A DNA stretch of 64,000 nt from Octopus sinensis (Eukaryota). Below, in pieces: positions 13,171 through 25,896 of this stretch. The stretch spans positions 152,768,001-152,832,000 of the forward strand of contig NC_042999.1 in assembly GCF_006345805.1 (NCBI RefSeq). Direction: 5' to 3'. Position 1 is the stretch's first letter, and every line of letters starts with the position of its first letter. A program made the position numbers and the translations under genes. Below the pieces are notes generated by a model, which searched no databases, was not told the DNA's origin, and saw only the letters and a program-made list of their open reading frames with translations.

Positions 13171-13370
13171 TACATATAGTTTACCACAGAGGTTGCATCT
13201 AATACAGTATATGAAGCTAGAAGAGGCGCAAGAGAAGGAATCTGTGATGTGAAGAGCGTGCTGGTTGGAACCAGATAGAGAGAGATAGTGTTGGTGATGA
13301 AGGGACAGGTGCGGCTGCCGGATCTGGAGCACAGGAAGGATCCGGGTGAGATGCTCCTGTACGGCATGTA
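13171..13370 (-). pseudogene. Penelope-like (Neptune-type) linker and GIY-YIG endonuclease fragment
   Basis: Two minus-strand frames give PGSFLCSRSGSRTCPFITNT and [27 protein letters not shown]. This matches the Cys-rich linker and the FxCxSxxVIYxIxCxxCxxxYVG start of the GIY-YIG domain; one frameshift. Confidence 0.7.
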
Positions 13371-13423
13371 GCAGTAGTTGCAAGGGCAGCAGTAGCAGCG
13401 GCAGCAGCAGCGGCAGCAGCAGC

Positions 13424-13622
<199 letters not shown>

Positions 13623-13639
13623 CCTTTCTGCTAAGAGCA

Positions 13640-13978
13640 AAAGGCGGGCGAAATGCTCAGCGGTATTTCGTCTGCCGTTATGCTCTGAGTTCAAATTCCG
13701 CCGAGGTCGACTTTGCTTTTCATCCTTTCGAGGTCAGTAAATTAAGTACCAGTTACGCACTGGGGTCGATGTAATCGACTTAATCCTTTTTGTCTGTTCT
13801 TGTTTGTCCCCTCTATGTTTAGCCCCTTGTGGGCAATAAAGAAATAATAGAACGTATTTTATCGACCCCGAAAGGAGGAAAAGCAAAGTGAACTTCGGTG
13901 GAGTTTGAACTCAGAAGGTAAGAAGACGGACGAAATGTCGTTAAGCATTTCGTTCGACATGCTATCGATTCTGCCAGG
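13640..13978. mobile_element. Two OR2-like SINEs tail-to-tail (+ 13640-13847; - 13855-13978)
   Basis: Both match the 44784-45013 family, in opposite orientations. Confidence 0.8.
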
Positions 13979-13984
13979 TAGTTT

Positions 13985-14234
13985 ATATTGAGATGTTTTA
14001 TTCTCGAGTCATGCGAGGCACATAAGGGCCGGTTTCAATGGTGTATACCTTTTCTATCTGGACGAGACGCCTGTCCGTCGCAGGATTATCTCATTTTTAC
14101 CAGTTGAGCGGACTGGAGCAATGTGAAATGGAGTGTTTTGCTCAAGAACCCAACGCATCGCCCGGTCCAGGAATCGAAACCACAATCTTACGATTATGAG
14201 TCCAACACCTTAACCACTAAGCCACGCGCCTCCA
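13985..14234 (-). mobile_element. tRNA-derived SINE (GGCGC(A/G)TGGCT head family)
   Basis: Minus-strand head GGCGCGTGGCTTAGTGGTTAAGG...GGTTTCGATTCC, then TTGAGCAAAACAC...TTGCTCCAGTC; related to 53068-53382 and 59475. Confidence 0.75.
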
Positions 14235-16004
14235 CGGTTTATATATCGGTTTCAAATTTTGGTAAATGCCCAATAATTTCACGGAAGTGGGTAAGTTGAT
14301 TACACCGACCCCCAGTTCTCAACTGGTATTTATTTTATCGAGTTTGAAAGGATGAAAGGCAAAGTCGACATCAGCGGAATTTGAACTCACATCGTAATGA
14401 CCTACAGAATGCCGCTAAGCCGTGCGCCCGTCGTGCTAACGACTCTAACAGGACGCGTAATATATATAACACGTTATTATTAGTTAATTAACGTTAACTA
14501 TTAAATATTAGTTAATCAAAATGAATAATTCATTGTTAGTTATATATAGGTGAGTTATTTATGGTTTGTCTGCTGCATTGGAAGCTAAATAAATCGATTT
14601 TGCATTTTTACAGGAAGATCGATAGTGTACAGTACAGCTTTACTTCCAGCTAAATTTTCCTTATTCCTCGCTAAGCCGTTTCATGTCTTTTCAACAAGTT
14701 AACATGACAAGCAAGTGAAGCAAAGATCCAATATAGATACATCAACAGCTGCAAAGCCACCAGGACTCCCTAATATACTTCTCTGCTGATGTAAGTGATA
14801 TACTCGGTTCTTCCAAAGATATTACTCACCAAGAAATTCGTAAATCACTTTGGGTGATTTTCAGGTGGAAATTAGTCATGCAGATAAGGTATTGAATTAT
14901 CTGGTTATCTATAGGATATGAGTTCAAATTACTTGATATCTTTACCTCCTCAGCAGGTCATTTTATTTCACGTTCTCATTGTTCGTCTATCGATCAAGAG
15001 TAGACAGCAATTTATCTAGAAACATTATGTTACCCTGTCCATAGCAGATTCGTCTCTTTAATATAAGACACGAGACAAGAGATCTGTAACAGTTAAAAGA
15101 TTGTTTCAAGTCACCTCCTCTTAACCCAGGGCTCCGAATATATTTCCATTTTACGTGCATTTCTCTTAGAAAAACCTTTACATGGTAATTAGAGAAGTTA
15201 GAAATAGTATTGTAATTTCCCACAAATCGCACCCCACTGTTTTATGTATGTAGATATGAATAAGTCAACAGAAGAGACCTTTATATGGTAGCGTGAAAAG
15301 TTAGAAACAATAGCCTAATGTCTCTCAAATCATATACTACTGACTTACGTATGTATTCGTATATATGAACCAACGAAGAAAGCCTCAACATGGTAACTAG
15401 GAAATTAAAAAGCAGCCAAATCTCTCTCAAATCGTTTCCTCCTCTCTTTAAAAGATTAAAGACACGTTCTGAAGTTCTAATACCAATACAGCAGAAAATA
15501 TACGACATGGTGGCAGACAGAATTCTTTTGATCATATGCATGCTTGATCAAGAACGAACTTAGTGTTAAATGAAAACGGAAACCTCAGAGAGAGAATTTT
15601 GCCAGTAACTACTTCAGGTTGGATTAGTACGAGATTATTATTAGTATCAAATTTGAGAATAAGGCCAGTCATTTCAGAGGGGGTGGGGTAAGTCGATTAT
15701 ATCGACTTTATGTTCAAACTAGCCAGATCCAGCCTTTCACACATAGCCTACAATGTAATTCTAATTCTAAAAATGAACAAGTACATTGTCAAAAACCTCG
15801 AAGCTATGAGATTATGCAAGATAAATTTAAAACAATATGAATTGTGAATAATTGTGAATAAATAAACGTTAAATTTGACACAGTAATCTGATTGCTAAAG
15901 GGCTAAGTTTGTTTTTTACATTGGAGTCAAAACATTAACATTGCACAGCAGCAAAGGAAATAAATAGACTCCTTTAAAACCTATATTTCACTAAGAATTT
16001 GTTC

Positions 16005-16390
16005 TTATTAGTCCGTCCGTTGATATCGACGCTGACCAGGTACGTCATATTCGAGAAGACGGGCCACAGTTTGTCCAGTTACGGCTAATCAGTCCGATAC
16101 GTGCTCGGAAGGCACTGCCGGAGGTCGGCCACATGTGGTCCGTAGGGACTGAAGGCGAGAATCTGATTCTGGACTTGCCTGTTTCATATTTTCCTTATGC
16201 CCCTGCAATCCTATTCTCTTCATTGGTGGTGGGGAACTTCTGTTGGTGCAGCTTCGTCAGCAAGGGTGGTCTGGCATATGTGTTTCCCAGGAATCGGGGC
16301 TGATTTCAAAGCTCTTCAGTGAAGCTTTGAATGCATCCTTTAAACGCTTTTCTTGTTCACCTTACGCGTGCTTACCTTCCGGAAATATTA
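16005..16390 (-). pseudogene. RTE-clade LINE 3' fragment
   Basis: Minus-strand translation ...KRLKDAFKASLKSFEISPDSWE... and ...FRARIGLIS, typical of the RTE/BovB-like C-terminus; frameshifted. Confidence 0.75.
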
Positions 16391-16839
16391 CCCGATATAT
16401 AAGAGGCAACTCTGGAAGTATATTTTTGCCACCGTTGATATCAGAAATAATGGCATACATATAATAATCATAATTAGAGTAGTATCAAGTTTCTTGATGC
16501 TCATACAAAATGATGAAAGGAATAATTTTCAAGCGATAAAGTTTTATTATCACAAAATAAAATTAAATGAAAGAAATTACGAAAACTTTTTAAGAAATTA
16601 AAATAAAATTGGTTCCTAGGTTGTTTTAATATTCTGGTTGTTCATACACACACACACTCTTCCCCCTTTATACTTACCTAAAAATATATATGTACATATA
16701 TAGATATAAAGCAAATGACTAACAATGAGGAGAGACAAAGTCGACCTCGGCGGAATTTGAACTCAGAACGTAGCGGCAGACAAAATAGCGCTAAGCATTT
16801 CGCCCGGCGTGCAAACGATTCTACCATCTCGCCGCCTTA

Positions 16840-16890
<51 letters not shown>

Positions 16891-16893
16891 TAA

Positions 16894-16940
<47 letters not shown>

Positions 16941-17679
16941 ATATTGTACGTTTGTTTGCATATGCATGTATATATCTATATCTATATATATATATATTTG
17001 TGTATGCATATATGAATACATATATATGTAGTCGTACGCAGGTATGTGTTAATCGTTGATTGAACTTTCGTGTATTAATCTGTGTATATATATATATATA
17101 TATGTTCTAGGGCATGTATAATAACAAACTATATCACGGAAAGATAGTTCTTTGTGAATTAAACAAGTCACCATTATTACTTACTCAAACCATATGTAAG
17201 GAGAGACGGCGATTCCGGTTCCACAAAGAACTTTGTCCGTCCATTGCCGCTGGAACTCAAGATGGTTAAATCAACCTCACTATGTCAGGTGCATGTATGT
17301 ATGTTAGGTGCATGTATGTATGTCAGATACATGTATGTACGTATGTATGTATGTATGTATGTATGTATGTATGTATGTATGTATGTATGTATGTATGTAT
17401 GTACGTACGTACGTATGTATGTATGTATGTATGTATGTATGTATGTATGTATGTATGTATGTATGCGTTGTGCATGCGCATGTATCTTTGAAAGGATGTG
17501 TATGTGTGTGTGCGTGCCTATGTATGTGCTCGTGCGTATGCGTTTGTATGAATGCATTTATATATGTGTATGTGTATATTATGCGGGTGTGTATCAATTA
17601 ATAAATGTTTTTGTGTATCTATGCTCGTATATATATATGTATGCATCCATGTGTGATTGTACATATATATGTGTGTACA

Positions 17680-17715
<36 letters not shown>

Positions 17716-18496
17716 TGTATGTATGTATGTATGTATGTATGTATGTATGTATGTATGTATGTATGTATGCATGTATGCATGTATGCATGCATGTATGTAT
17801 GTATGTATGTGTATGGGAGGACAGGAATGCAATCTAGAGTTGTGCGCCAGATCACGACTGATATGCTTCGCTTAATTCAAGGCAGTTCCTATCTCATCGT
17901 CACGAAGTTTCCGATTTAACTTCAAGAGACGCCTGCAAAAAGAGAAGAAAGTTACAACGTATCTGCATATTATATCAAAGTGAATATGTAATTCTCAGCA
18001 GACAGCCCACTGACACTCGGCACACTCATTGAACGATGCATCGTGGCTGACTGCCTAGAGAACTGTTTGTGAAGTCTATAGTGTAAAAGCTGCTCAAGTC
18101 TCCCAGCGAGCTATGTTCTCAATGCGGTTATGTTTTCCGGTTGAAGCGACTCTCTTCCATTGACACCGCTAGCATTCTTCAGAAAAGCACGTACAGCACC
18201 ATCCTTCATTTTCGTTTCCTGAAAATAAAAGTCTTGCGCATAGTCTTGAAGAAAAAGAAAATACATTTGTGCTTAGTCTATAAAAGAAACGATATTTTAG
18301 AAAATTACAACCTATTTAGAAAATTATAGTGAATTGTTATCTAAAAAAAGAAAATTGAAAATGTAAGAAGTACAATTCTTAAGGAACGTGAAAAGGGAAC
18401 AAAAATAGGGAGCTTGTTAATAGAAACCTACGATGATAGGAATTTCAAGAGGAATTTTAATTAAATTGTATTGAACTCTGAGACTCGAGTTGTTGT

Positions 18497-18693
18497 TGTT
18501 AAGCAACAAGACGGGTAAGGGTGATTAGGTGATGGTCTAGGGCTTAGGGCCGGGAGACCCAAGACCTTGGAAAAAAAAAAAACTTTGGTCATCTTGTAGT
18601 CGAGGGCTCTTTGTTGATGCCCGACACCACTGGGAGGTGGCCATCGAAGTCGCTGGAAATGGAGATCTCCAGATCCAAATTCTTGAACGGCTG
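18497..18693. repeat. ~195-bp interspersed repeat, copy 1 (inverted copy at 20968-21162)
   Basis: The reverse complement aligns with 20968-21162 along its length with scattered differences; a (TTG)n/(CAA)n tract lies at the outer end. Confidence 0.8.
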
Positions 18694-18901
18694 AGACTCA
18701 AGTTGTAACTCAGAGTAAAACATATTTTGTCCTGTATGGTCAAATGTAATAAAGAAACTCCTTTTGACATATGCGGTTGTTTTTGTTTTTTAGCCCCGTT
18801 TAAACTCCGATTAACCCCTTAATGGATCTATTATCTCATTTCAGAGCATATTTTTTTTATTTCCTTTAATTATATACACTATGTTAATTAGAAAAAGTGG
18901 A

Positions 18902-19300
18902 GGCGCAATGGCCCAGTGGTTAGGGCAGCGGATTCGCGGTCATAGGATCGCGGTCATAGGATCGCGGTTTCGATTCTCAGACAGGGCGTTGTGAGTGTTT
19001 ATTGAGCGAAAACACCTAAAAGCTCCACGAGGCTCTGGCAGGGGATGGTGGTGATCCCTGCTGTACTCTTTCACCACAACTTTCTCTCACTCTTACTTCC
19101 TGTTTCTGTTGTACCTGTATTTCAAAGGGCCGGCCTTGTCACTCTCTGTGTCACTCTGAATATCCCCGAGAACTACGTTAAGGGTACACGTGTCTGTGGA
19201 GTGCTCAGCCACTTACACGTTAATTTCACGAGCAGGCTGTTCCATTGATTCGGATCAACCGGAACCCTCATCGTCGTAACCGACGGAGTGCTTCCATCCA
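18902..19300 (+). mobile_element. tRNA-derived SINE, OR1-like, full length
   Basis: Head GGCGCAATGGCCCAGTGGTTAGGGC...GGTTTCGATTC with A/B boxes and an internal 14-nt duplication (CGCGGTCATAGGAT). The tail GAACTACGTTAAGGG...GTAACCGACGGAGTGC is shared with 53068-53200. Confidence 0.88.
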
Positions 19301-20107
19301 TAAGTTAATTAGAAAAAAAAAGTATTTTTTAAAATCTTTTTTCCTATATTTTTTTATTATAGAAATTAAAATGTACTTTTTAATCATTTGGATTTAAACC
19401 AGTTAACTCGGACATTGAAAAATACATATAACTTAACTATCTTCGATTTTTTTATAAGATGTATTGCTTTTAAATCAAAGGAAAATTTTTTAAAAATGAA
19501 ATATGTAGTTTATTTTGAATAACAATTTTTAAAACAAGGAGTTACACACGAAGTTATCTTGCAGACATCACACATGTATCTGCTTTCTCTTCGAATCTTC
19601 TTTCCTTTAGTGTCTCTCTTCTCTACGCATTTTGCACACTGTCTTGTAGGATTCTTTTTCTTATCACTTGGTGGTATTTACATGGGACAGTGACCAGCTG
19701 GGGCAAATCTTGGATATGGGATCGATGATGGTCTTCCTGGTTTCGTGGGAGGCAATAAGGGCCTATATTTTTCAATAATCCTGGTGATTATTTGCATCAT
19801 AAATTTCAGCAGTTTCATAGCAGAAGCTGAAGTTTCCAAAGATGCTTAATGCAAAACATAACAAAACATTCCAGATAGCCAAATCCATCAAATGAAAAAT
19901 ATACTTTTTTTTTTTTTAAACAACGCGAGTAAATTCGTGATTGCTCAAAAATGAAACGGTACAAAACAAATAAACTCGTGTAAGTGCTAAACTCAAAAGT
20001 TAATTTTGACCGAGTATACTCGTCTGGTTCTAAAATGATACATTTGCGATGCACGAGTAAACTCGGGATAATCCATTAAGGGGTGCAGGAAGTCCAACTT
20101 TGCCGTT

Positions 20108-20596
20108 CCCGTTTGTTGAGTTACGTATTGACTACCAATCGAACATTGAGTGAACTGACATATGATCAAAGATATTCCAATTGCGACACTCGTTTGTTTT
20201 GCAATGTATTGACTACCAATTGAACTCTGGTTGAAAAGACATATGATCAAAGACATTCCAGGCGTGATCTTACCATTTGTTTTGTAGTGTATTGTCTACC
20301 GATCAAGCTCTAAACAGACATATCATCAAAGACCCTCCAGTGATGACCCTCCCGTTTGTTTTGTAATGTATTGTTGAGTTGCATATTGACTATTGGTTGA
20401 ACTCTGATTGAACAGACATACAATCAAAGATATTCCAACCGCGACACTCCCGTTTGTTTTGCAATGAATTGTCTACCAACTGAACTCTGACTGAATAAGT
20501 ATATGGTCAAAGACTTTCCAGTTTTTTTAATAGTATATTGACAATCAATTGAACTCTGAGCAGAAATAGGGTCAAAGACATTCTACTCATGACCTT
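20108..20596. repeat. Degenerate minisatellite, ~80-bp unit, ~6 copies
   Basis: GTTTGTT(TTG)...TATTGACTACCAAT.GAACTCTG...GACATATGATCAAAGA.ATTCCA recurs at about 20111, 20192, 20275, 20354, 20452 and 20521. Confidence 0.8.
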
Positions 20597-20967
20597 TCAG
20601 TCTTTTAGTGGGGTTTGATTCCAATTACTGCTGATTGCTTTCGTAATTAGCATCTCTTCAGACAGATCTGTAATCAGATAGTTTCTCGCCCTAACTCTGT
20701 CTGCTTATAGTAGTCTAGAAACTGAGTAGCTGTTATATTACTGGTACTTTGATAGTATTTCGTTCAATGATACATGCTACCTCAGAATATATCTACAAAC
20801 TTGTAACAGATTCTGCATGTGTAGATAGATGTAAACAGCTTACCTTTATAGGAAGCATTGTGGTGGCCAAAATCGTAAACAGTCGGAGGAAATATCGCAA
20901 AGCACTTATACAATTCTTTTACAGTTCCACCAGAAATCCACCTTAGCAGTAACAGTAGCAGCAGCAG

Positions 20968-21162
20968 CAGCCGTTCAAGAATTTGGACATGAAGATCTCC
21001 ATTTCCAGCGACTTCGAGGGCCACCTCCCAGTCGTGTCGGGTGTCAACGAAAAGCCCTCGACTATAACAAGACGACCAATGTTTTTTTCCAAGGTCTGGG
21101 GTCTCCCGCTTCTAAGCCCTAGACCATCACCTAATCATCCTTACCCGTCTTGCTGCTTAACA
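20968..21162. repeat. ~195-bp interspersed repeat, copy 2 (inverted relative to 18497-18693)
   Basis: See 18497-18693. Confidence 0.8.
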
Positions 21163-21784
21163 GCAACAACAGCAGCAGCAGCAGCAATAACAACAACAAC
21201 AACGACAATCCTTTCCACAATATGCACAAGGTCAGCAATTTTGGGGTGGGGGTAAGTTGATTATATCGACCCCAGTGTTCAACCGGTACTTCTTTTATCG
21301 ATCTTGAGAGAACGAAAGGTAAAGTCAACCTCGACGGAATTTGAGCGCAGAACGTAAAGACAGACGGAATGTGGTTAAGCTTTTTTGCCCAGCTAACGAT
21401 TCTGCCAGCTCGCCGCCTTTACAACAACAACAACAACAACAACAACAACAGCAACAACAACAACAGTAGCAGCAGCAGCAGATGGAGAGTAAGCAATATG
21501 AATGTGCTTAGTGCTGATATTTTAATTCACATCCTATGTAAAAACAATTTATTAACATTCTCAGTAGATAAATTTATATTTAAGTAGATCTAAATATATC
21601 ATTTGACACAAGTACCACAATTTATTTGTCAATTTTTAACTAAATTGAAACAAATATAAATATGGAAGGAAAAATAATCTACAACAACAACGATAGAGAA
21701 AAACAACACAGAAACCAATTGAAAACAATTATATGTATGCATGTACGTATGTATCTATGTATGTATATATGTATGTATGTATGT

Positions 21785-21997
<213 letters not shown>

Positions 21998-22602
21998 AAG
22001 CAATTCGTATATTTTATATCAATTAGGATACTTTTTTTATACATTGGTACTTTTGATACATACATACATATGTTTGTATGTGTGTGTGTATGTGTGTTTG
22101 TGCGTGTGTATGTGTTAGTGTGTATGCGTGTGAAAGTACATAAATATTGTTATCTTTAAATTACTGCAAACTTCCACACAAGCAAAGCGTGACACTGAGA
22201 GATATAATCACTTACTCATTTCATGATCAGTGCGGCTCTAACATATGTATGCAGGCATACATCGATGCCTGTATTAAATATGTATATCATTGTATGCATT
22301 CTCTCTCACGCATACACATATACACTTATATATATGTGTGCGTGTGTGTGTGTGTGTGCGCGCATGATTTAGTCGTCTGGGTATCGCACTCGCGATTGTG
22401 AGATCGTGGTTTCGATTCCCAGAAAGAGATCGTTGAGTTGTGTTCTTGAACAAAGCACTCTATTCCATGTTGCTCTGCGTTCATTTTGTCATCTGACATC
22501 CGTTGCATCTGTACAAGTAATGTCGTTTTACTGAAGGTAGTGAGCTTATGTGAACACAAACTTTTGATCACTATAAACATATCATCTGTGTGATATATAT
22601 AA

Positions 22603-22986
22603 CTAGCAGTATCGCCCGGCGTTGCTCGGGTTTGTAAGGGAAATAACTATAAAGCATTTTTAGAGAGTAATAGCCAAAAAATAGCAAAAAATGCAAAAAA
22701 AATTATGGTAATTTTTTTTAAGAATCGTTGACTCATCGTAGACATTTTTAGAGAGTTACTTCCCTTATATTAAAAAAAATATGCATTAAAATGGAAAAAA
22801 AATGATGGTAAATTATTTTTAAAATCGTAGACTCATCGTAGACGCACGCTAATACCCAGAAGGGCTTGATATGAATCACGACTATAAGATACCCGGTTTT
22901 GGTTAAACTGCACCGCAAAATGTGAGAGTAGTTAGGAATCTAAATCGGAGTAGACAGACACACAACCTTTCTTTTATATATAAAGA
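22603..22986 (-). mobile_element. Non-autonomous Helitron
   Basis: Minus strand: 5' TC at 22986-22985 after A, 3' CTAG at 22606-22603 before T, subterminal hairpin CCCGAGCAACGCCGGG, and an AGACAGACAC tract near the 5' end. Confidence 0.8.
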
Positions 22987-23510
22987 TAAATGCGAAAACT
23001 AATTTGTGTGTATCAATGTATCACACTTAGACACCCTTTCTCACTATTCAATGACACTCCTACTATTCCTTATGATGGGGTGAGAGTAATAGAAGGCATA
23101 GAGAAGTCAGGTCGGTGGCAAAGACAGGGAGAGAGAGAGAGAAGGAAATTTAGCGAGAGTTGATGTTTTATTAAAAGTAGTAGTGTTGATGGTGGCAGTG
23201 GGAGTAATAATTAAAGAGAGAGGAAGAGGGAGATGATGTACAAAACTTAACTATTCTCTTTGACAGAAATTCCTGTCACCAACATACTGAACACTATCAT
23301 TTTTGTCTTGTTCGCCTCCGTAAATGCATATATATATATATATATTCATACACATATATATACATAAATCAACGTCTAATAAAAGGGCATATAAGCGATC
23401 GACAGAAAAAAGAAGGCTTTTCTATCCGCGTGGATAGATTATTTCCCTTAGTCATTGCACGGTCATCACCATAAACCTTAAGCTTATATAAAAATATAAT
23501 TTTTAATTAT

Positions 23511-23806
<296 letters not shown>

Positions 23807-24419
23807 GTGTGTGTGTGTGTGGTGAGAAAAATTAGTTCAAGTAGAACATTTTGAACTTTTTGGTGGCGGGGCCAAAAAGTTAGATTTCTAATAATGATTC
23901 TTCATATCAAATTAGTAACTTGTTATTACAAGTATTTAAAATATGAAAATATGACAATGAAAAATGTGTTATGTGTATTATAGGATAAAATCCTATATTA
24001 ACCCAACTAAGAGTTAAAAATGGAGAAGAGAAGATGTTAAAAGCTTTTATAAATTTTTAATCCATACGATCGTTTCGAATGATAATACTGGCATGCAAGA
24101 AAACATGGAAAAGATTAATTTAATTATAATAATAATTAAAATAATAATTAAAGTAAATTAATTTAATTAAGTATTACCATTCTCTTCAGTGGAAAAACAT
24201 TAATAAAACATCAAAAAGGTATTAAAAAAAGAATATTACAATAAAACTATAGAGAGTCTGTGTCAGATAAAGTTGATAGGATATTCATAGCAAGAATGTG
24301 AAATAGGAAAAAAGAGCCATAGGAACATGTTAATGTAGTGATGAGTCTGTGTAAGAACTAGAACTGTTTTGGCCAATGGATATTTTTTAAAATATGTGTG
24401 TATGTACATATATATACAC

Positions 24420-24600
24420 AAAACGGAACAAGAACGCAAGACATCCAGATAGATGATACAAAGAAAACAAGGACGGGTCATTCGGAGTTTTGTTTTCTTC
24501 AGTCGAGTTCCAGATTATCTTTGCAATTTCGGCTGGTTATACTCGAGATTGCTCTAATTTGGTCAGCCCCAAGTAAAAACTAAGCTAAGAGCATTAAATT
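24420..24600. repeat. Interspersed repeat family with three copies (also ~30725-30935 inverted and ~54170-54350)
   Basis: Shared AAAGAAAACAAGGACGGG...CCAGATTATCTT..CAATTTCGGCTG..TATACT.GAGATTGCTC; all copies are next to (TA)n. Confidence 0.75.
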
Positions 24601-24659
24601 CCTTGGATTAAAGCAGCAAATGTATACGAAAACAAGGACGGGTTATATATATATATATA

Positions 24660-24796
24660 TACCGGAGTAAACACATAAATGTGAAACAAGGTGGAAAAAA
24701 AAGAGTACTCAAATACCAGTGGTAGAGTAATATGCTTTATTTAAAAGCAGCAGAAAATTCAACAAAACCTGTTACTCTGAGTTTCACGTTCCCGTT
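24660..24796 (-). mobile_element. 5'-truncated pLTR-type end, same family as 11754-11983
   Basis: Matches the reverse complement of about 11853-11983 and is truncated inside the hammerhead (ACG GGAA CGT GAAA CTCAGAGT A ACAGG). Fused to a LINE fragment. Confidence 0.75.
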
Positions 24797-25435
24797 TGCT
24801 GTTGTCCAATGTGCGGAAAAGAACAATATGCTTCTAAATAAAGATAAGTTTGATTTAATGCACTCCACCTTGAGTACTATTGCCCACTGTGGTCTGCCCA
24901 TACGAAGCAGCTCATTATGAAAGCAGAAGCACTCCAGAGGTCAATAACAAGAAATATAGACATGAGGGGCATTGACTATTGGGGTCGACTAAGTAGACTC
25001 AACCTCTATTCTCTCCTACGCCGCCGGATGCGCTACATCATTTGTGTGATGTGGAAAATATTCCATCAGTATTACAGAAATGTTGGCATCAATTTTAAAA
25101 TCCATCCAAGACTTGGCCCCCGTGCTATCCACCCACTACAAAAATCGAACTCAGGACAATAGCAACATTACGTCACAACTATTTTACCTCAATTGGTCCA
25201 GCTCTCTTTAATACCATACCAAAATACGTCAAAACGGAAACGGATCCCATAAAATTCAAAAGTTCACTGGACAAATTTCTTCAAAAAGTCCCGGACCAAC
25301 GTCTTACACTCCGATATGTCTCTGACAATAATAACTCTTTACTAGAGTGGGCCATGGTGTCCCATATATGACTGAAATACTTCACCAGGTGGTGCTATTA
25401 AGCTAGACAGAGCCTAACAAAGTTATCAAAGGTAT
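24797..25435 (+). pseudogene. Non-LTR retrotransposon 3' fragment (CR1/L2-group-like ORF2 end plus 3' UTR)
   Basis: AEKNNMLLNKDKFDLMH, EALQRSITRNID...YWGRLSRLNLYSLLRRR, and GPALFNTIPK...FKSSLDKFLQKVP...NNSLLEW. Confidence 0.75.
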
Positions 25436-25629
25436 ATGAGATGTGGGTATGTGCCTAAAAGGCAGCCCTTCATATTTTCTGTTCACAGCTCCTTTTTCTC
25501 CAATATTTACACGCTGTTATAAACAAATTTATTTGCTTCGAGATACACTGTCCCAAAAAAGAATAAATTCATACACACATATGTATAAGCATATATATAT
25601 ATATATATATATATATCAATATATATATA

Positions 25630-25814
25630 CTGATAGAAATGGTAAGACAACGAATAAAAGAGACCTCGATATTATGTAAATAGGAGAATTTATCTCTAAA
25701 TATATCATGTGACAATTATTCGGTAGCCATGATAAAACTCCGATAAAACTCCGAGTTTCCGCCCCGACATCCGAAACTCAGAGTTTTATCATGGCTAACG
25801 AATAATTGTCACAT
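25630..25814. mobile_element. Mini fold-back pLTR remnant, sister family of the 38-42 kb element
   Basis: Minus-strand pLTR end (GAGACCTCGATATTATGTAAATAGGAG). Arms about 25707-25759 and 25773-25814 contain GAAACTCAGAGTTTTATC. Flanked by (TA)n. Confidence 0.75.
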
Positions 25815-25819
25815 ATATT

Positions 25820-25896
<77 letters not shown>

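Noticed and set aside
14987-15541. Two minus-strand ORFs of 81 and 86 aa in non-repetitive sequence
   Set aside because: No recognisable domain or splice structure.
24440-24600. Hammerhead in the three-copy repeat family (CTGAGGA/CTGAAGA motif)
   Set aside because: No canonical GAAA with stem III in any of the three copies; only a CCAGATT/AATCTGG stem-loop is evident.
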